Shown here in pieces: positions 10,153-20,100 of a stretch of 47,871 bases of DNA (position 1 is the stretch's first letter; each line of letters starts with the position of its first letter). Under the pieces are notes generated by a model that was not told the DNA's origin, did not search any database, and saw only the letters and a list, made by a program, of their open reading frames with translations. Origin of the DNA: Bacteroidales bacterium UBA1751. Lineage in GTDB: Bacteria; Bacteroidota; Bacteroidia; Bacteroidales; UBA932. The stretch lies in assembly GCA_002315995.1 (NCBI GenBank), contig DCHN01000072.1, forward strand, positions 1 to 47,871, given 5' to 3'. The position numbers and the translations under genes are program-made.

Positions 10153-10272
10153 TTTAACTAATGTTTTTTGTTGAATTTCAGCACTTTAACAAGTGCCCGA
10201 TATCCAATGGTTAATAATAATGTTTTTATATGACAAAAGCCCTATTGAAAAATAGGACTTGTGTTCTGCTTT

Positions 10273-10542
10273 TTACCAGCTTGCCTTGTGCACTCCTGGA
10301 ATAAGACCTTTGGATGCCATTTCGCGGAACTGGATACGGCTGATACCGAACATGCGAATAAATCCTTTTGGTCTTCCGGTAATTGAGCAACGGTTATGAA
10401 GTCTTACAGGTGATGCATTCTTTGGAAGAGCCTGAAGTCCTGCCCAATCACCAGCCTCTTTAAGAGCTTTGCGTTTCTCAGCATACTTGGCACATAACTT
10501 TGCGCGCTTTACCTCGCGTGCCTTCATTGATTCTTTTGCCAT
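10273..10542 (-). CDS. rpsN: 30S ribosomal protein S14 (long, non-zinc form, 89 aa)
   Basis: [13 protein letters not shown]...[43 protein letters not shown]. Confidence 0.97.
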   Translation of the reverse strand: MAKESMKAREVKRAKLCAKYAEKRKALKEAGDWAGLQALPKNASPVRLHNRCSITGRPKGFIRMFGISRIQFREMASKGLIPGVHKASW

Positions 10543-10551
10543 TCTTTTGCT

Positions 10552-11157
10552 TTATTTTTTATTGTTTTTAAAAGGCAAACCAAACTCTCTGAGCATTGCA
10601 AAAGCAGCCTCATTGTTGGTTGTGTTGGTAGTGAATGTAATCTCCATTCCCATTACCTTGGTAATTTTGTCAATATCAATTTCAGGGAAGATAATCTGCT
10701 CCTTGATACCAAGTGTGTAGTTACCTCTGCCGTCCATCTTCTCATTGATACCCTTGAAGTCACGGATACGTGGAAGAGCAACTGCAACGAGTCTCTCCAT
10801 AAACTCATACATCTGAGCGCCGCGGAGGGTAACCTTTACACCAATTGGCATACCCTTACGGAGTTTGAAGTTTGAGATATCCTTCTTTGAGTATGTGAGT
10901 ACAGCCTTCTGACCTGTAATTGTTGTGAGCTCATCCTGAGCAACCTCAATGAGCTTCTTGTCTGCTACTGCCTGTCCCATACCCTGATTAATAGTAATCT
11001 TGGTAAGTTTTGGAACCTGCATAATAGACTTGAATGCAAACTCCTTCTGAAGTTTTGCAACGATCTCCTCTTTATATTTCTTCTGAAGAGTAGGAACGTA
11101 GCCGGTCATTACTGGAGCTGCCACTTCCTCTGTCTTAGCTGATTTCTTTGCTGCCAT
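10552..11157 (-). CDS. rplE: 50S ribosomal protein L5. The start is ambiguous: either the ATG at 11157 or the internal Met at ~11109.
   Basis: The conserved L5 core starts at [17 protein letters not shown]. The longest ORF adds 16 aa ([16 protein letters not shown]), and its ATG overlaps the rplX stop as TAATG. Confidence 0.93.
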   Translation of the reverse strand: MAAKKSAKTEEVAAPVMTGYVPTLQKKYKEEIVAKLQKEFAFKSIMQVPKLTKITINQGMGQAVADKKLIEVAQDELTTITGQKAVLTYSKKDISNFKLRKGMPIGVKVTLRGAQMYEFMERLVAVALPRIRDFKGINEKMDGRGNYTLGIKEQIIFPEIDIDKITKVMGMEITFTTNTTNNEAAFAMLREFGLPFKNNKK

Positions 11158-11489
11158 TATTTGATCTCCTCTCCTGATTTTTTAGCATAACGAACAAGCT
11201 TGCCGTCTGCATTGAGTTTACGACCTATTTTGGTAGGGACATTCTTAACAGGGTCCAACACCTGAAGGTTGGAGATGTGAATGCCAGCCTCCTGCTTAAT
11301 GATACCGCCCTGAGGGTTCTTTGCATTTGGCTTAGTGCTCTTGCTTACCATGTTGAGTCCCTCAACAATGGCGCGATTGGCCTTTTTGTCAATACTAATG
11401 ACCTTACCGGTCTTGCCTTTCTCATCACCGGCATTGACAAAAACCATGTCACCTTTCTTGATATGTAATTTCATATTCATAACGCTCAT
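11157..11489 (-). CDS. rplX: 50S ribosomal protein L24. The start may instead be the Met of MKLHIKKGD at 11474.
   Basis: [24 protein letters not shown] is the KOW motif of L24. Synteny rplN-rplX-rplE. Confidence 0.95.
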   Translation of the reverse strand: MSVMNMKLHIKKGDMVFVNAGDEKGKTGKVISIDKKANRAIVEGLNMVSKSTKPNAKNPQGGIIKQEAGIHISNLQVLDPVKNVPTKIGRKLNADGKLVRYAKKSGEEIK

Positions 11490-11494
11490 TTGAA

Positions 11495-11860
11495 TTATAA
11501 TACCTCAGGTGCCAATGAAACTATTTTCATATAATTGTCACGCAACTCTCTGGCTACAGGTCCAAAAATACGAGTTCCTCTGACCTCACCCTGGTTGTTA
11601 AGCAGAACGCATGCGTTCTCATCAAACCTGATGTAAGAGCCATCTGCCCTGCGAATCTCTTTTTTAGTACGGACTACAACTGCTTTTGAAACAGAGCCCT
11701 TCTTTGCCTCAGCCCCAGGGATTGCACTCTTTACGGCAACAACAATCTTGTCACCAATGTGAGCATAACGCCTGCGGGTACCGCCCAACACACGAATGCA
11801 GAGAACCTCCTTTGCACCGCTGTTATCAGCTACCATTAATCTTGATTCCTGTTGTATCAT
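11495..11860 (-). CDS. rplN: 50S ribosomal protein L14
   Basis: [18 protein letters not shown]...[11 protein letters not shown] is canonical L14. Confidence 0.97.
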   Translation of the reverse strand: MIQQESRLMVADNSGAKEVLCIRVLGGTRRRYAHIGDKIVVAVKSAIPGAEAKKGSVSKAVVVRTKKEIRRADGSYIRFDENACVLLNNQGEVRGTRIFGPVARELRDNYMKIVSLAPEVL

Positions 11861-11863
11861 GGC

Positions 11864-12118
11864 TTATTTAACTTTTTCTACGATTTCTACTAGTCTCCAG
11901 CATTTTGTCTTGCTCAAAGGACGAGTCTCCATAATTCTGACGGTATCTCCCTCAGAACACTCATTCTTCTCATCATGAGCTACAAACTTAGTGGTTTTAT
12001 TCACGAACTTGCCGTAAATAGGGTGTTTCTCTTTTGTCTTGACTGCAACAACAACAGACTTGTCCATCTTGTTGCTTACCACTACACCTACTCTTTCTTT
12101 TCTAAGTTTTCTTTCCAT
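11864..12118 (-). CDS. rpsQ: 30S ribosomal protein S17
   Basis: [21 protein letters not shown]...[32 protein letters not shown] is canonical S17. Confidence 0.97.
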   Translation of the reverse strand: MERKLRKERVGVVVSNKMDKSVVVAVKTKEKHPIYGKFVNKTTKFVAHDEKNECSEGDTVRIMETRPLSKTKCWRLVEIVEKVK

Positions 12119-12127
12119 GAACTTCTA

Positions 12128-12325
12128 CTATTTGTTCTGGTTTTCAATTTGGCTCAAAACTGTGAGCATTCTTGCTATATCTTTTTTAGCTTTCTTAATC
12201 TTTGATGAATCCTCTACCGGAGAGATTGCATGATTAAGTTTCATCTGGTTGAGAGATACACGCATTCCCTCCAGACGCTCGCGGATATCTTGTGCGGACA
12301 TTTCACGTATTTCACTTGCTTTCAT
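12128..12325 (-). CDS. rpmC: 50S ribosomal protein L29
   Basis: 65 aa. MKASEIREMSAQDIRERLEGMRVSL. Synteny rplP-rpmC-rpsQ. Confidence 0.95.
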   Translation of the reverse strand: MKASEIREMSAQDIRERLEGMRVSLNQMKLNHAISPVEDSSKIKKAKKDIARMLTVLSQIENQNK

Positions 12326-12343
12326 AATCTTCTGGCAGTTTTA

Positions 12344-12763
12344 TTATTCAACATAGTCTCTTCTGACAATGAACTTGGTGTTTACAGGAAGTTTCTGTGC
12401 ACCAAGGCGCAATGCCTCTTTTGCAATCTCCATTGATACACCCTCAATCTCTATGAGAATTCTACCTGGAGTTACAGGAGCAACGAATCCCTCTGGGTTA
12501 CCTTTACCTTTACCCATACGAACCTCGGCAGGTTTCTTTGTGTATGGTTTGTCAGGGAAGATTCTGATCCAGATCTGACCTTCACGTTTCATATAACGTA
12601 CTACTGCCTGACGTGCAGCCTCAATCTGCTGACCTGTTAACCAGTAAGGCTCAAGGGTCTTGATACCAAAAGAGCCGAATGCCAACTGTGCTCCTCTCTG
12701 AGCCTCGCCTTTCATGCGACCTTTCTGCGCTCTTCTGAACTTGGTTTTCTTTGGTTGTAACAT
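12344..12763 (-). CDS. rplP: 50S ribosomal protein L16. It is the first gene of the cluster in this genome arrangement.
   Basis: [19 protein letters not shown]...[10 protein letters not shown] is canonical L16. Confidence 0.97.
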   Translation of the reverse strand: MLQPKKTKFRRAQKGRMKGEAQRGAQLAFGSFGIKTLEPYWLTGQQIEAARQAVVRYMKREGQIWIRIFPDKPYTKKPAEVRMGKGKGNPEGFVAPVTPGRILIEIEGVSMEIAKEALRLGAQKLPVNTKFIVRRDYVE

Positions 12764-12838
12764 TACTTTTCAGTTTTTACAATTCTAAATTCTTGATTCT
12801 CAGCCACTTAGTTGTAACGGAACTATAGTAGCGGGTTG

Positions 12839-12846
12839 CAAAGATA
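12839..12846 (-). promoter_or_regulatory. -7 promoter box TATCTTTG upstream of rplP
   Basis: The minus strand reads ...TTTGCATATGAAAATATTTGTTTATCTTTGCAACC. That is a perfect TAnnTTTG with a TTTG element ~18 nt upstream. It lies ~75 nt before the rplP ATG and downstream of the terminator at 12899-12930. Confidence 0.5.
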
Positions 12847-12898
12847 AACAAATATTTTCATATGCAAAAATTTTCGAAAAAATTTTGCGCATTTAAGA

Positions 12899-12930
12899 CA
12901 AAAAAAAATTGGGCCAAAGACCCAATTTTC
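12899..12930 (-). terminator. Rho-independent terminator ending the gltS-dipeptidase transcript
   Basis: Stem AATTGGG/CCCAATT with loop CCAAAGA. On the minus-strand RNA it is followed by a run of 9 U (the plus strand has A9 at 12900-12908). Confidence 0.7.
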
Positions 12931-13029
12931 AATAAGTTATAATACTCTATCGCAGTATAAAAAGAGCATTTTCTACCAAAATTTCATTGCATTTCAACCA
13001 AAACGCCACTGCACGCAACTGCACCTTCT

Positions 13030-14157
13030 TTAACGGAGAGCGGCCGCACCGCTCAGTTCGCGCCCTTTGGCCTCAACAACACGCATGACCCTGAGAAGGT
13101 TCTCACCCCAGAAGAGTTTTATGTCATTGTGTGACCACCCGCGGCGGAGCATCTCAACGGTTATGTTCTTCATCTGGCTGCAATCCTCAAGTCCATTCAT
13201 TCCGCCACCGCCATCGAAATCGGTGCCTATTCCTACGTACTCTATTCCAACAAGGTCACGCACATACTCCACATGGTCAACATAATCCTTCACGCTCACC
13301 TCAGTTTTTGGCCTCCATGAGAGGAAGAATCTGCCGGAACCAATTTGAATAAGGCCGCCCTTGGCCGCTATGGCCTTTATCTCCTCATCCTTCAGGTTGC
13401 GCGGATGGTTCTTTATGTTCCATACCCCGGAGTGGGTGGCAACGCAGGGAGCCTTGCTGCAGGCAACGGCATCGAGAAGGGATGCTGTTGTAACGTGCGA
13501 AACGTCAACTATCATTCCAAGAACATTCATTGTGTCAACAACAGCCTTTCCAAAAGGAGAGAGGCCGCGCCAATGCTCAACACTGTCGCGCGATCCGTCA
13601 CAAAGATCATTGTTGTAGTTGTGTGTAAGAGTCATGGCCCTGCAACCCTCATTGTAGAATTTGCGGAGGTTGTTTATATCCTTGCCAAGAACATATCCGT
13701 TCTCAAGGGTGAGCATCACAATTGATTTGCCCTCCTTTTTCAGCTTCCAGAAATCATCGGCACACCAGGCCTGACCACACTCATCCGAGTGCTTTGCCAT
13801 ATACTCCTTGAAGAGCTTTATTTCATTGAAGGCAAAATCAACAGCTTTCTGGCTTGAAGCATCATCAAGAGGTCCCTGCCCCTTGTAAATGGCAAAAAAA
13901 CAGGCATCGAGCCCTCCGGCCTTCATCTTTGGGAATGTAACCTGCCCCTTGGTAACCGTATAACCCTTTGCATCAGGATGATTCAAATGGCTTGCGGAAT
14001 CAACGTGCGTATCAATTGAAAACATCACCTTGTGGAGTGAATCCGCAATTTCATTCAGGCGCGCGTCTCTATCACGTCCAACATTTTGTGCAAAGGTGCT
14101 CAAGGAGAGCATCAGGCAGCTCAGAAGAAGCAGAGCCGCAAAGAAATACTTTTTCAT
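13030..14157 (-). CDS. Secreted/periplasmic membrane-dipeptidase family (peptidase M19) protein
   Basis: Signal peptide MKKYFFAALLLLSCLMLSLSTFAQ. Metal-binding motif SIDTHVDS, then LTLENG, LTHNYNNDL and DVSHV...ATHSG, which are characteristic of renal-dipeptidase-like M19 enzymes. Confidence 0.85.
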   Translation of the reverse strand: MKKYFFAALLLLSCLMLSLSTFAQNVGRDRDARLNEIADSLHKVMFSIDTHVDSASHLNHPDAKGYTVTKGQVTFPKMKAGGLDACFFAIYKGQGPLDDASSQKAVDFAFNEIKLFKEYMAKHSDECGQAWCADDFWKLKKEGKSIVMLTLENGYVLGKDINNLRKFYNEGCRAMTLTHNYNNDLCDGSRDSVEHWRGLSPFGKAVVDTMNVLGMIVDVSHVTTASLLDAVACSKAPCVATHSGVWNIKNHPRNLKDEEIKAIAAKGGLIQIGSGRFFLSWRPKTEVSVKDYVDHVEYVRDLVGIEYVGIGTDFDGGGGMNGLEDCSQMKNITVEMLRRGWSHNDIKLFWGENLLRVMRVVEAKGRELSGAAALR

Positions 14158-14199
14158 ATAATATCTAATCCGGTTTTCGAAATTATTGTGCAGCCAACA

Positions 14200-15573
14200 T
14201 CACTTTACACTCTTTGACGGACTCTTCACCCACCATCCCATTCTCCATGCAAAAATCAGCAGAATTGCAGAGAGTGCCAGGCAGGCCAGCATCAGCCATA
14301 AGCTCCAGCCGGCTGCAAAGGCAATTGGAACAAAGGTAATAAGCAGAATCTCAATAGGAGCCACCGGCAGATAAGCAAGCGCATAGTCATCCATAGCCTT
14401 ACTCTGCATCTTCGGATCCACTATTCTAATAAGAGCAATACCCATTGCCATTGTTCCTGTCCACCATCCCCACGCAAAAATGGAGCGCTCAAACCAGTAT
14501 GTCTTGGAGAGATGCCTGCCAAAATAGAATGTAACGCCAAGAACTATTATTATTCCAAATATTATAAGCACAACAAGCGGCAGAGCATATTTCACAACCA
14601 CGCCAAGGTTTATGGCAGCAACACCGCACGCAACCAGCAGGTCGGTAAAGAAACTTCCCACCCTCTGGGTAAGGTTTGCATCAATATACTCCGAATACCT
14701 GCACTTGTTTCCAATACCCTTTATGAGCAGCCCGGCAACGAATGCACAACTGAAAACAGGCAACTCCAGACCAGGATACCAATGCTTTACCAAAAGCGAT
14801 AACACATACCCCACAAACGCGGCCACAAACACAAACCCTATGTGGAATGTGAGTGCTTCAATTGAAATTGAGGAGGTTGTGGCATTTCCTACAGAATCCC
14901 TCTTCTCCTGAGGAAGCAGGCCATGACGCAACTCGTCAGGAAGATCCTTGAAGTCTGCAACAAATGATGTCTGATTTCTCTTTGTGGCTATTTTTATAAG
15001 AACAAGTCCTCCAAGAACCGCACATATTACGCCAACGGTGGCCGTTGTCATTCCAAGCGAAGTGGCCTCATCCCAACCAAGATTGTTGAAGGCCGTTCCA
15101 ATGGCAGCCGCCGTTCCATGCCCACCATAGAATCCAGTGGATAGCATAACACCGAACGCATCATTGAGAGAAGGCCATATCATCTTCATTGCAAAGAGCC
15201 CGAAAAGGCCGGCAAGTCCCCACTGTATGAGCATTCCTATTTGGGAGAAGACCCACATTGGACCAACCTTGGATGCAACCTCCTTCATCTTAACATTAGG
15301 GGAGCTCAAGGCCAGTGAAGCAAAGACAAGGGCAATCATTACCGAAGCGTATGCTCCAAGATTATTTGAAAATGGAAGCCATCCCAACCCGTTGGGTCCG
15401 AATGCAAGACCCAGAATACCCGCAATAAGACTTGGTGGAATAAAAAGCTGCTGAACAAGCTTTATCTTAACCCTTATAAGTTTTCCCACCAGCAAAAGCG
15501 CAAAAATAAGCCCCATATCCGTAAAGAAGGACCAGGGCGTGAATACCGATGTATCAATGAGCGAACCGAACAT
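14200..15573 (-). CDS. gltS: Sodium/glutamate symporter family (GltS-like) transporter
   Basis: 457 aa, polytopic. STGFYGGHGTAAAIGTAF...ATSLGMTTATVGVICAVLGGLVL aligns by eye with E. coli GltS SITLSGGHGTGAAW...ATEVAMACATFGLVLGGLIG. Confidence 0.75.
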   Translation of the reverse strand: MFGSLIDTSVFTPWSFFTDMGLIFALLLVGKLIRVKIKLVQQLFIPPSLIAGILGLAFGPNGLGWLPFSNNLGAYASVMIALVFASLALSSPNVKMKEVASKVGPMWVFSQIGMLIQWGLAGLFGLFAMKMIWPSLNDAFGVMLSTGFYGGHGTAAAIGTAFNNLGWDEATSLGMTTATVGVICAVLGGLVLIKIATKRNQTSFVADFKDLPDELRHGLLPQEKRDSVGNATTSSISIEALTFHIGFVFVAAFVGYVLSLLVKHWYPGLELPVFSCAFVAGLLIKGIGNKCRYSEYIDANLTQRVGSFFTDLLVACGVAAINLGVVVKYALPLVVLIIFGIIIVLGVTFYFGRHLSKTYWFERSIFAWGWWTGTMAMGIALIRIVDPKMQSKAMDDYALAYLPVAPIEILLITFVPIAFAAGWSLWLMLACLALSAILLIFAWRMGWWVKSPSKSVK

Positions 15574-15621
15574 GTTTGTCTATTGTTTTCAATTTGGGGG
15601 TTAAAGTTACTGAAAAATTGA

Positions 15622-15629
15622 TATTTTTG
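15622..15629 (+). promoter_or_regulatory. -7 promoter box TATTTTTG for the DUF4294-like gene. It abuts a near-consensus box (TATTTTGG, 15630-15637, minus strand) facing gltS.
   Basis: The plus-strand sequence GATATTTTTGCCAAAATAGA is a near-palindrome that contains back-to-back -7 boxes for the two divergent genes. Confidence 0.45.
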
Positions 15630-15679
15630 CCAAAATAGAAGTTGTTTTGGAATATAATCCCCAAACCAAGTTCCCGGGA

Positions 15680-16510
15680 ATGAATCTGCTCAAAAAAAAT
15701 ATCTCTTTAACAATAGTATGCCTGGCGGTGCTCACATTTGCGTGCACTGCACATTGCTTTGCACAGGAGGAGAAGAAAAGTACCTGGAAGCAGGCACTAA
15801 GAGAGCAGAAACATCAGGAAAAGAGAAGGGCAAAGGAAGAAAAAGCCATTAAGAAGAGAGAGGCTGAAGCCAGCAGGACAACATCTGGTAAAGCAGACGG
15901 CAGTATCGGAGCAAATGGAATGAACGGTATGGCAAACAGTGCGGAGCACAGTGCCAAAAAAGGATATGTCATGGGATATACGGTCGAAAATGGGGATACA
16001 ATATACCTTGACAAACTTCCACCCGCATATGCCCTGAACAGAGAGGTTTACAAGAGCAAGAAAAAGGAGTGGCGCAAGCACTACAAACTGATCTACAACT
16101 TCAAAAAGGCCTATCCTTATGCCCTTCAAGCAAAAAAAATAGCCCACCAGGTCGATAGTATAGTTGCAGCAAGGCATCTTACCGGCAAGGCTCAGGAGGA
16201 GTTCGTGAAGCAGTGCGAGGCAGAACTGTTCAAGCAGTTCGAGAAACCGCTCAAGAATCTCACCGTTTCCCAGGGCAGGCTTCTGATGAAGCTCATAGAC
16301 CGCGAAATAGGTCTCACCACATTCTATGTAATAAAGAACTATAAAGGGCGCTTCAAGGCCTTCTTCTGGCAGGGAGTTGCCCGGCTCTTCGGGTCAAACC
16401 TCAAAACCCCCTACGACCGCTTCGGTGCCGACAAAGAGGTGGAAAAACTCGTCAAAATGTGGGAGGACGGCAGCTTCGACGCCCTCTACTTCTCAATATT
16501 CTACAAGTAA
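15680..16510 (+). CDS. DUF4294-like secreted protein
   Basis: The ATG at 15680 gives the signal peptide MNLLKKNISLTIVCLAVLTFACTAHCFAQ. The track's start at 15647 is a TTG. The C-terminal region LTVSQGRLLMKLIDREIGLTTFYVIKNYKGRFKAFFWQGVARLFGSNLKTPYD resembles the Bacteroidota DUF4294 family as I remember it. That family assignment is unverified. Confidence 0.6.
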   Translation: MNLLKKNISLTIVCLAVLTFACTAHCFAQEEKKSTWKQALREQKHQEKRRAKEEKAIKKREAEASRTTSGKADGSIGANGMNGMANSAEHSAKKGYVMGYTVENGDTIYLDKLPPAYALNREVYKSKKKEWRKHYKLIYNFKKAYPYALQAKKIAHQVDSIVAARHLTGKAQEEFVKQCEAELFKQFEKPLKNLTVSQGRLLMKLIDREIGLTTFYVIKNYKGRFKAFFWQGVARLFGSNLKTPYDRFGADKEVEKLVKMWEDGSFDALYFSIFYK

Positions 16511-16540
16511 AAAGGCTTCGCTTTTCAGCGAAGCCTTTTG
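16509..16540. terminator. Bidirectional rho-independent terminator between the DUF4294-like gene (+) and the OMP/TBDT operon (-)
   Basis: Perfect hairpin AAAAAGGCTTCGCT-TTTC-AGCGAAGCCTTTT, with A/T tracts on both sides. Confidence 0.8.
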
Positions 16541-16560
16541 AAAATATTCCGATTCTTCAA

Positions 16561-17139
16561 TTAGAATGTAAAACCGAACATAAGGTTGAGGAAATGCATC
16601 TTACCACCATCAGAGAACTGATCTGTGAAGTAGTACTCATAACCTGCACCAATCCAAAGGCGGGTGAAGTAGAGTTTGGCACCAGCATGAACAGCAGCTG
16701 AGAGATCTCTCATATCAGCGTTTGTGAATGAACCTGACGCATTCTTGAACTCATTTCTAAGGTTTGCCATAAGATCAACACCTGCGTATGGAGCAAATGA
16801 GCAATCCTCGTCACCGATTTTAACCATGAGACTTACAGGCATCTTTATTCCATAGAAGAAAGGTGATTTGTGCTCCTGGTATGTTCCATGGAACTGTGTG
16901 AACTGGAATGCAGCACCATACTCAATGAAGAGCTCGTCAGTACCAAGATTGTGAGCCTGGTTCCAACCGGCAACAACAGTGTTTCCGAATGATGCACTCT
17001 CGCCGGCAGAAGCAGTAAGCCAAGATGGAGCATAGCTCAAGTATGCTGAATTGAATTTGCTTGCGCCGTCCTGTGCAAAAGCTACAGAGCAGATTGTAAA
17101 CAATGCTACAAAAGCTGCTACAAATTTCATATGTTTCAT
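16561..17139 (-). CDS. Small outer-membrane beta-barrel (porin-family / OmpA-beta-barrel-like) protein
   Basis: Signal peptide MKHMKFVAAFVALFTICSVAFAQ. Alternating hydrophobic beta-strand pattern. C-terminus ends ...NLMFGFTF, with the terminal aromatic residue typical of BAM substrates. It starts 18 nt downstream of the TBDT gene. Confidence 0.7.
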   Translation of the reverse strand: MKHMKFVAAFVALFTICSVAFAQDGASKFNSAYLSYAPSWLTASAGESASFGNTVVAGWNQAHNLGTDELFIEYGAAFQFTQFHGTYQEHKSPFFYGIKMPVSLMVKIGDEDCSFAPYAGVDLMANLRNEFKNASGSFTNADMRDLSAAVHAGAKLYFTRLWIGAGYEYYFTDQFSDGGKMHFLNLMFGFTF

Positions 17140-17157
17140 ATCCTGTTAGTCAAATTT

Positions 17158-20100
17158 TTAGAAAATGTAACGAATACCGAACTGCATCTTCCAGCACTGG
17201 CTGAGATCGTAGTAGTAGTCGTATGACTGGCTGATGTACTCTTTTGAAGCTGTCTTGTTCAAAGAGAAGTAAGGAACATTGTTCTCATCTACACCATCAT
17301 ACTTGAGAATACGAGTGCTGTTTGAAGCCTCAGTTGCTGACTGGTTTACACCCCAGCTTGAGTTGATCATGTTACCTACGTTCATAATATCAACTGAGAG
17401 CTGAATTGTATGAGAAGTCTCGCCAATATTGAACTTGAAGTTCTGTGCCCAACGGAAGTCGAATCTGTGAACAAATGGAGAACGTGCTGCATAAGCCTCA
17501 GCATATTTTCCCTTATGGCTCTTCAAATATGAATCCTGGTTTACATAATCCCAGAACAACTCGGCTTCAGCAGGATTTGTGAAGTGAATCTCAGACTCAT
17601 TCTTAGGAATGTACATAAGGTCGTTGTCTACACCATCACCATTCATATCATTGCTGTAGCAGTAGCTGTTGCCGTATGGAGAGTAACCGCTGTAGAAGAG
17701 GCCGAACTGCATCTCATCTGTAAGGCCCTGGAACTTGAACGGAATAGTGTAGTTCAACGAAGCAATTACCTTATGAGGAGTTACATACTTTGAATTCTGT
17801 GCAGTACCGAAGTTACAACCATTTACGGTTATCATACCCTGCCATGTTGAAAGAGGGTCTGAACCAGGAAGACCTGAAACCTCCTGCTGCCTGGTATATG
17901 TATAGGCAGCCATGAGATCGAGGTTTCTTGCTGGTGAGAGGTTGAATGTAACGTTTGCTGTCATACCCCAACCATCGTGTGTATTGGTAAGAACAGGAGC
18001 ATTCTTGCCGCTGTAAATGGCACCCTTGTTTGAAGGATATTTCAAACGGTTGTCAGCGCCACGGAATCTCTCCCAATTCTCGGTATCATCGGTAATGTTG
18101 ATGTTGTCAACAACAACACCATAAACAGTCTTCTGATACATAAACTCAGCTGTTCCTGTGAATGGGAAGCTTACTGGGAACTGGTAGTCGAATGCCAATG
18201 AAGTCTTCCATACCTGTGGCATCTTGAAGTTTCTGTCAACACCACTCATTGTAGAACCAGCAACATGCTTTTCATCGGAAAGTTCTGTTGGCAAGCCAAG
18301 TGCCTTTATAGTCTCCTCGTTAACCGTTGTTTGAATATTTCCACCGGCGAACTGGTCAAGTCTTGAATCATACTTGCCGGTAGGAACACCATTTTCGTAT
18401 ACGGTCTTGAACTGCACTGAGTTCTGGAGCATATTTGAGTTGGTTGGCATGTTGGTGAAGTATACCAATGGAAGACGGCCCTGGAAGAGACCTGTACCAC
18501 CACGGAGCTTCATGCTTCTGTCGCCCTTGATATCCCAAACGAAACCAACTCTTGGAGAGACCTGAAGGTTTGTCTTTGGCCAAAGACCTGTATCAATCTT
18601 CTGACCGTTACGGAAGGTGTACTCGTAAATTGCATTGTTTGTCTTGATATCATCCTCATCGAAGTTAATTGTATCAAAACGGATACCGTATGTGAGTTTG
18701 AATTTCTCACTTGCAGTCCACTCATCCTGAACGTAGAATGCGTACTGTTTGAAGCCAACCTGTGCAGCAGGAGATGTGTTGCCGTTCCAACCATATGTAA
18801 TGGCGAATGACTCAGGTGTTGCACCAGTGAGGAAATCATCGAGCGATGCATATCTGTAGTACATTGTACCATTTCTCATATATGCGTTGTTTGCAATCTG
18901 ACGCTCGAGGCTCAAACCTGCGGTAAGTTTGTGCTTGCCAAGAAGAATGGTAACATCATCCTTGAATGTATATATGTTGTTCTTAACACCATTGTTCCAT
19001 GTGAAGAGCTCATAACCGAGTGACATATAAGGCTCGAGTTTATTCTCATACATGATATCAATCATCGGGAATGGTGATGAATTTGAACCACGTACATCAG
19101 AAATCTTTGAAGATGTGAAGAGGAACTGGTTTGAAACCTTGTCTGAGAAACGGTTGTTGAGATCAATTGACAATGTCCTTACCTTGTTGTCCTGAGACCA
19201 CATTGTATTGGCGAAAGACATTGACTGAGGTCCAACACGATATGTTTCATTAAGACGTTGACCTGTATCTGATGAGTTTCCGTTAGGAGCGTTCCATGCA
19301 ACGTTCTTTGTGTCGTTGTATCTAACACTGAGTCTGTGACCGTCTGCAATGTTCCAATCAATGCGGGCAAGGAACTTCTTGTTGCTCTCGTCACCATTGA
19401 AGTTGGTATAAGAACCTGTCTCATAACCATACCTCTGAAGAACATACTGCTGAACCGCCTGCATGTCTGAAGCAAGTGTTCTTGATACGTTTCCACCTGC
19501 TGACTCACCATCCTGACGTGCACGGTATGTGATTACCTGACCAGGGTTCTTCTCAGTCTCATAGCTTACGAAGAAGAAGAGTTTGTTCTTTATAATAGGA
19601 CCACCTATTGTGAAACCGAATACCTTCTTTGAAGCGTCAGCTCTTGCACCAAGATCAACACCGTTCACACGGTTACCTCTAAGATTCTGGTCGTTGTAAT
19701 ATGTGTAAGCAGTTACCTTAAGAGTGTTTGTACCTGACTTGGTAATAGCGTTGATACCACCGCCAATGAAGTTGGTCTGCCTTACATCAAAAGGAGCAAT
19801 TACAACCTGAACCTCCTCCAAAGCATCCATTGAAATTGGGTTTCCACCACCAGGGAGCTTGTCAGAAAGACCGAAGTTGTTATTGAAGTTTGCACCGTCA
19901 ATGGTGAAGTTGGTAGAACGGCCGTCACCACCTGCGAAGCTCATGCCTGATGCGTATGGAGACATACGTGCAATATCAGAGATGCTACGGTTCACGGTAG
20001 GAACTGTGTTGATCTTCTGACTGTTGATGTTCATTGCGGCACCGGTCTTCTCTGTTGCGAACTTTGAAGTTGAGGCAACTACAAGAACCTCATCAAGCTG

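Noticed and set aside
12858-12938. 26-codon plus-strand ORF (MQKFSKKFCAFKTKKNWAKDPIFNKL) in the rplP upstream spacer
   Set aside because: It runs through the terminator hairpin and the A-tract, so its sequence is explained by those elements. It has no promoter in the right orientation.
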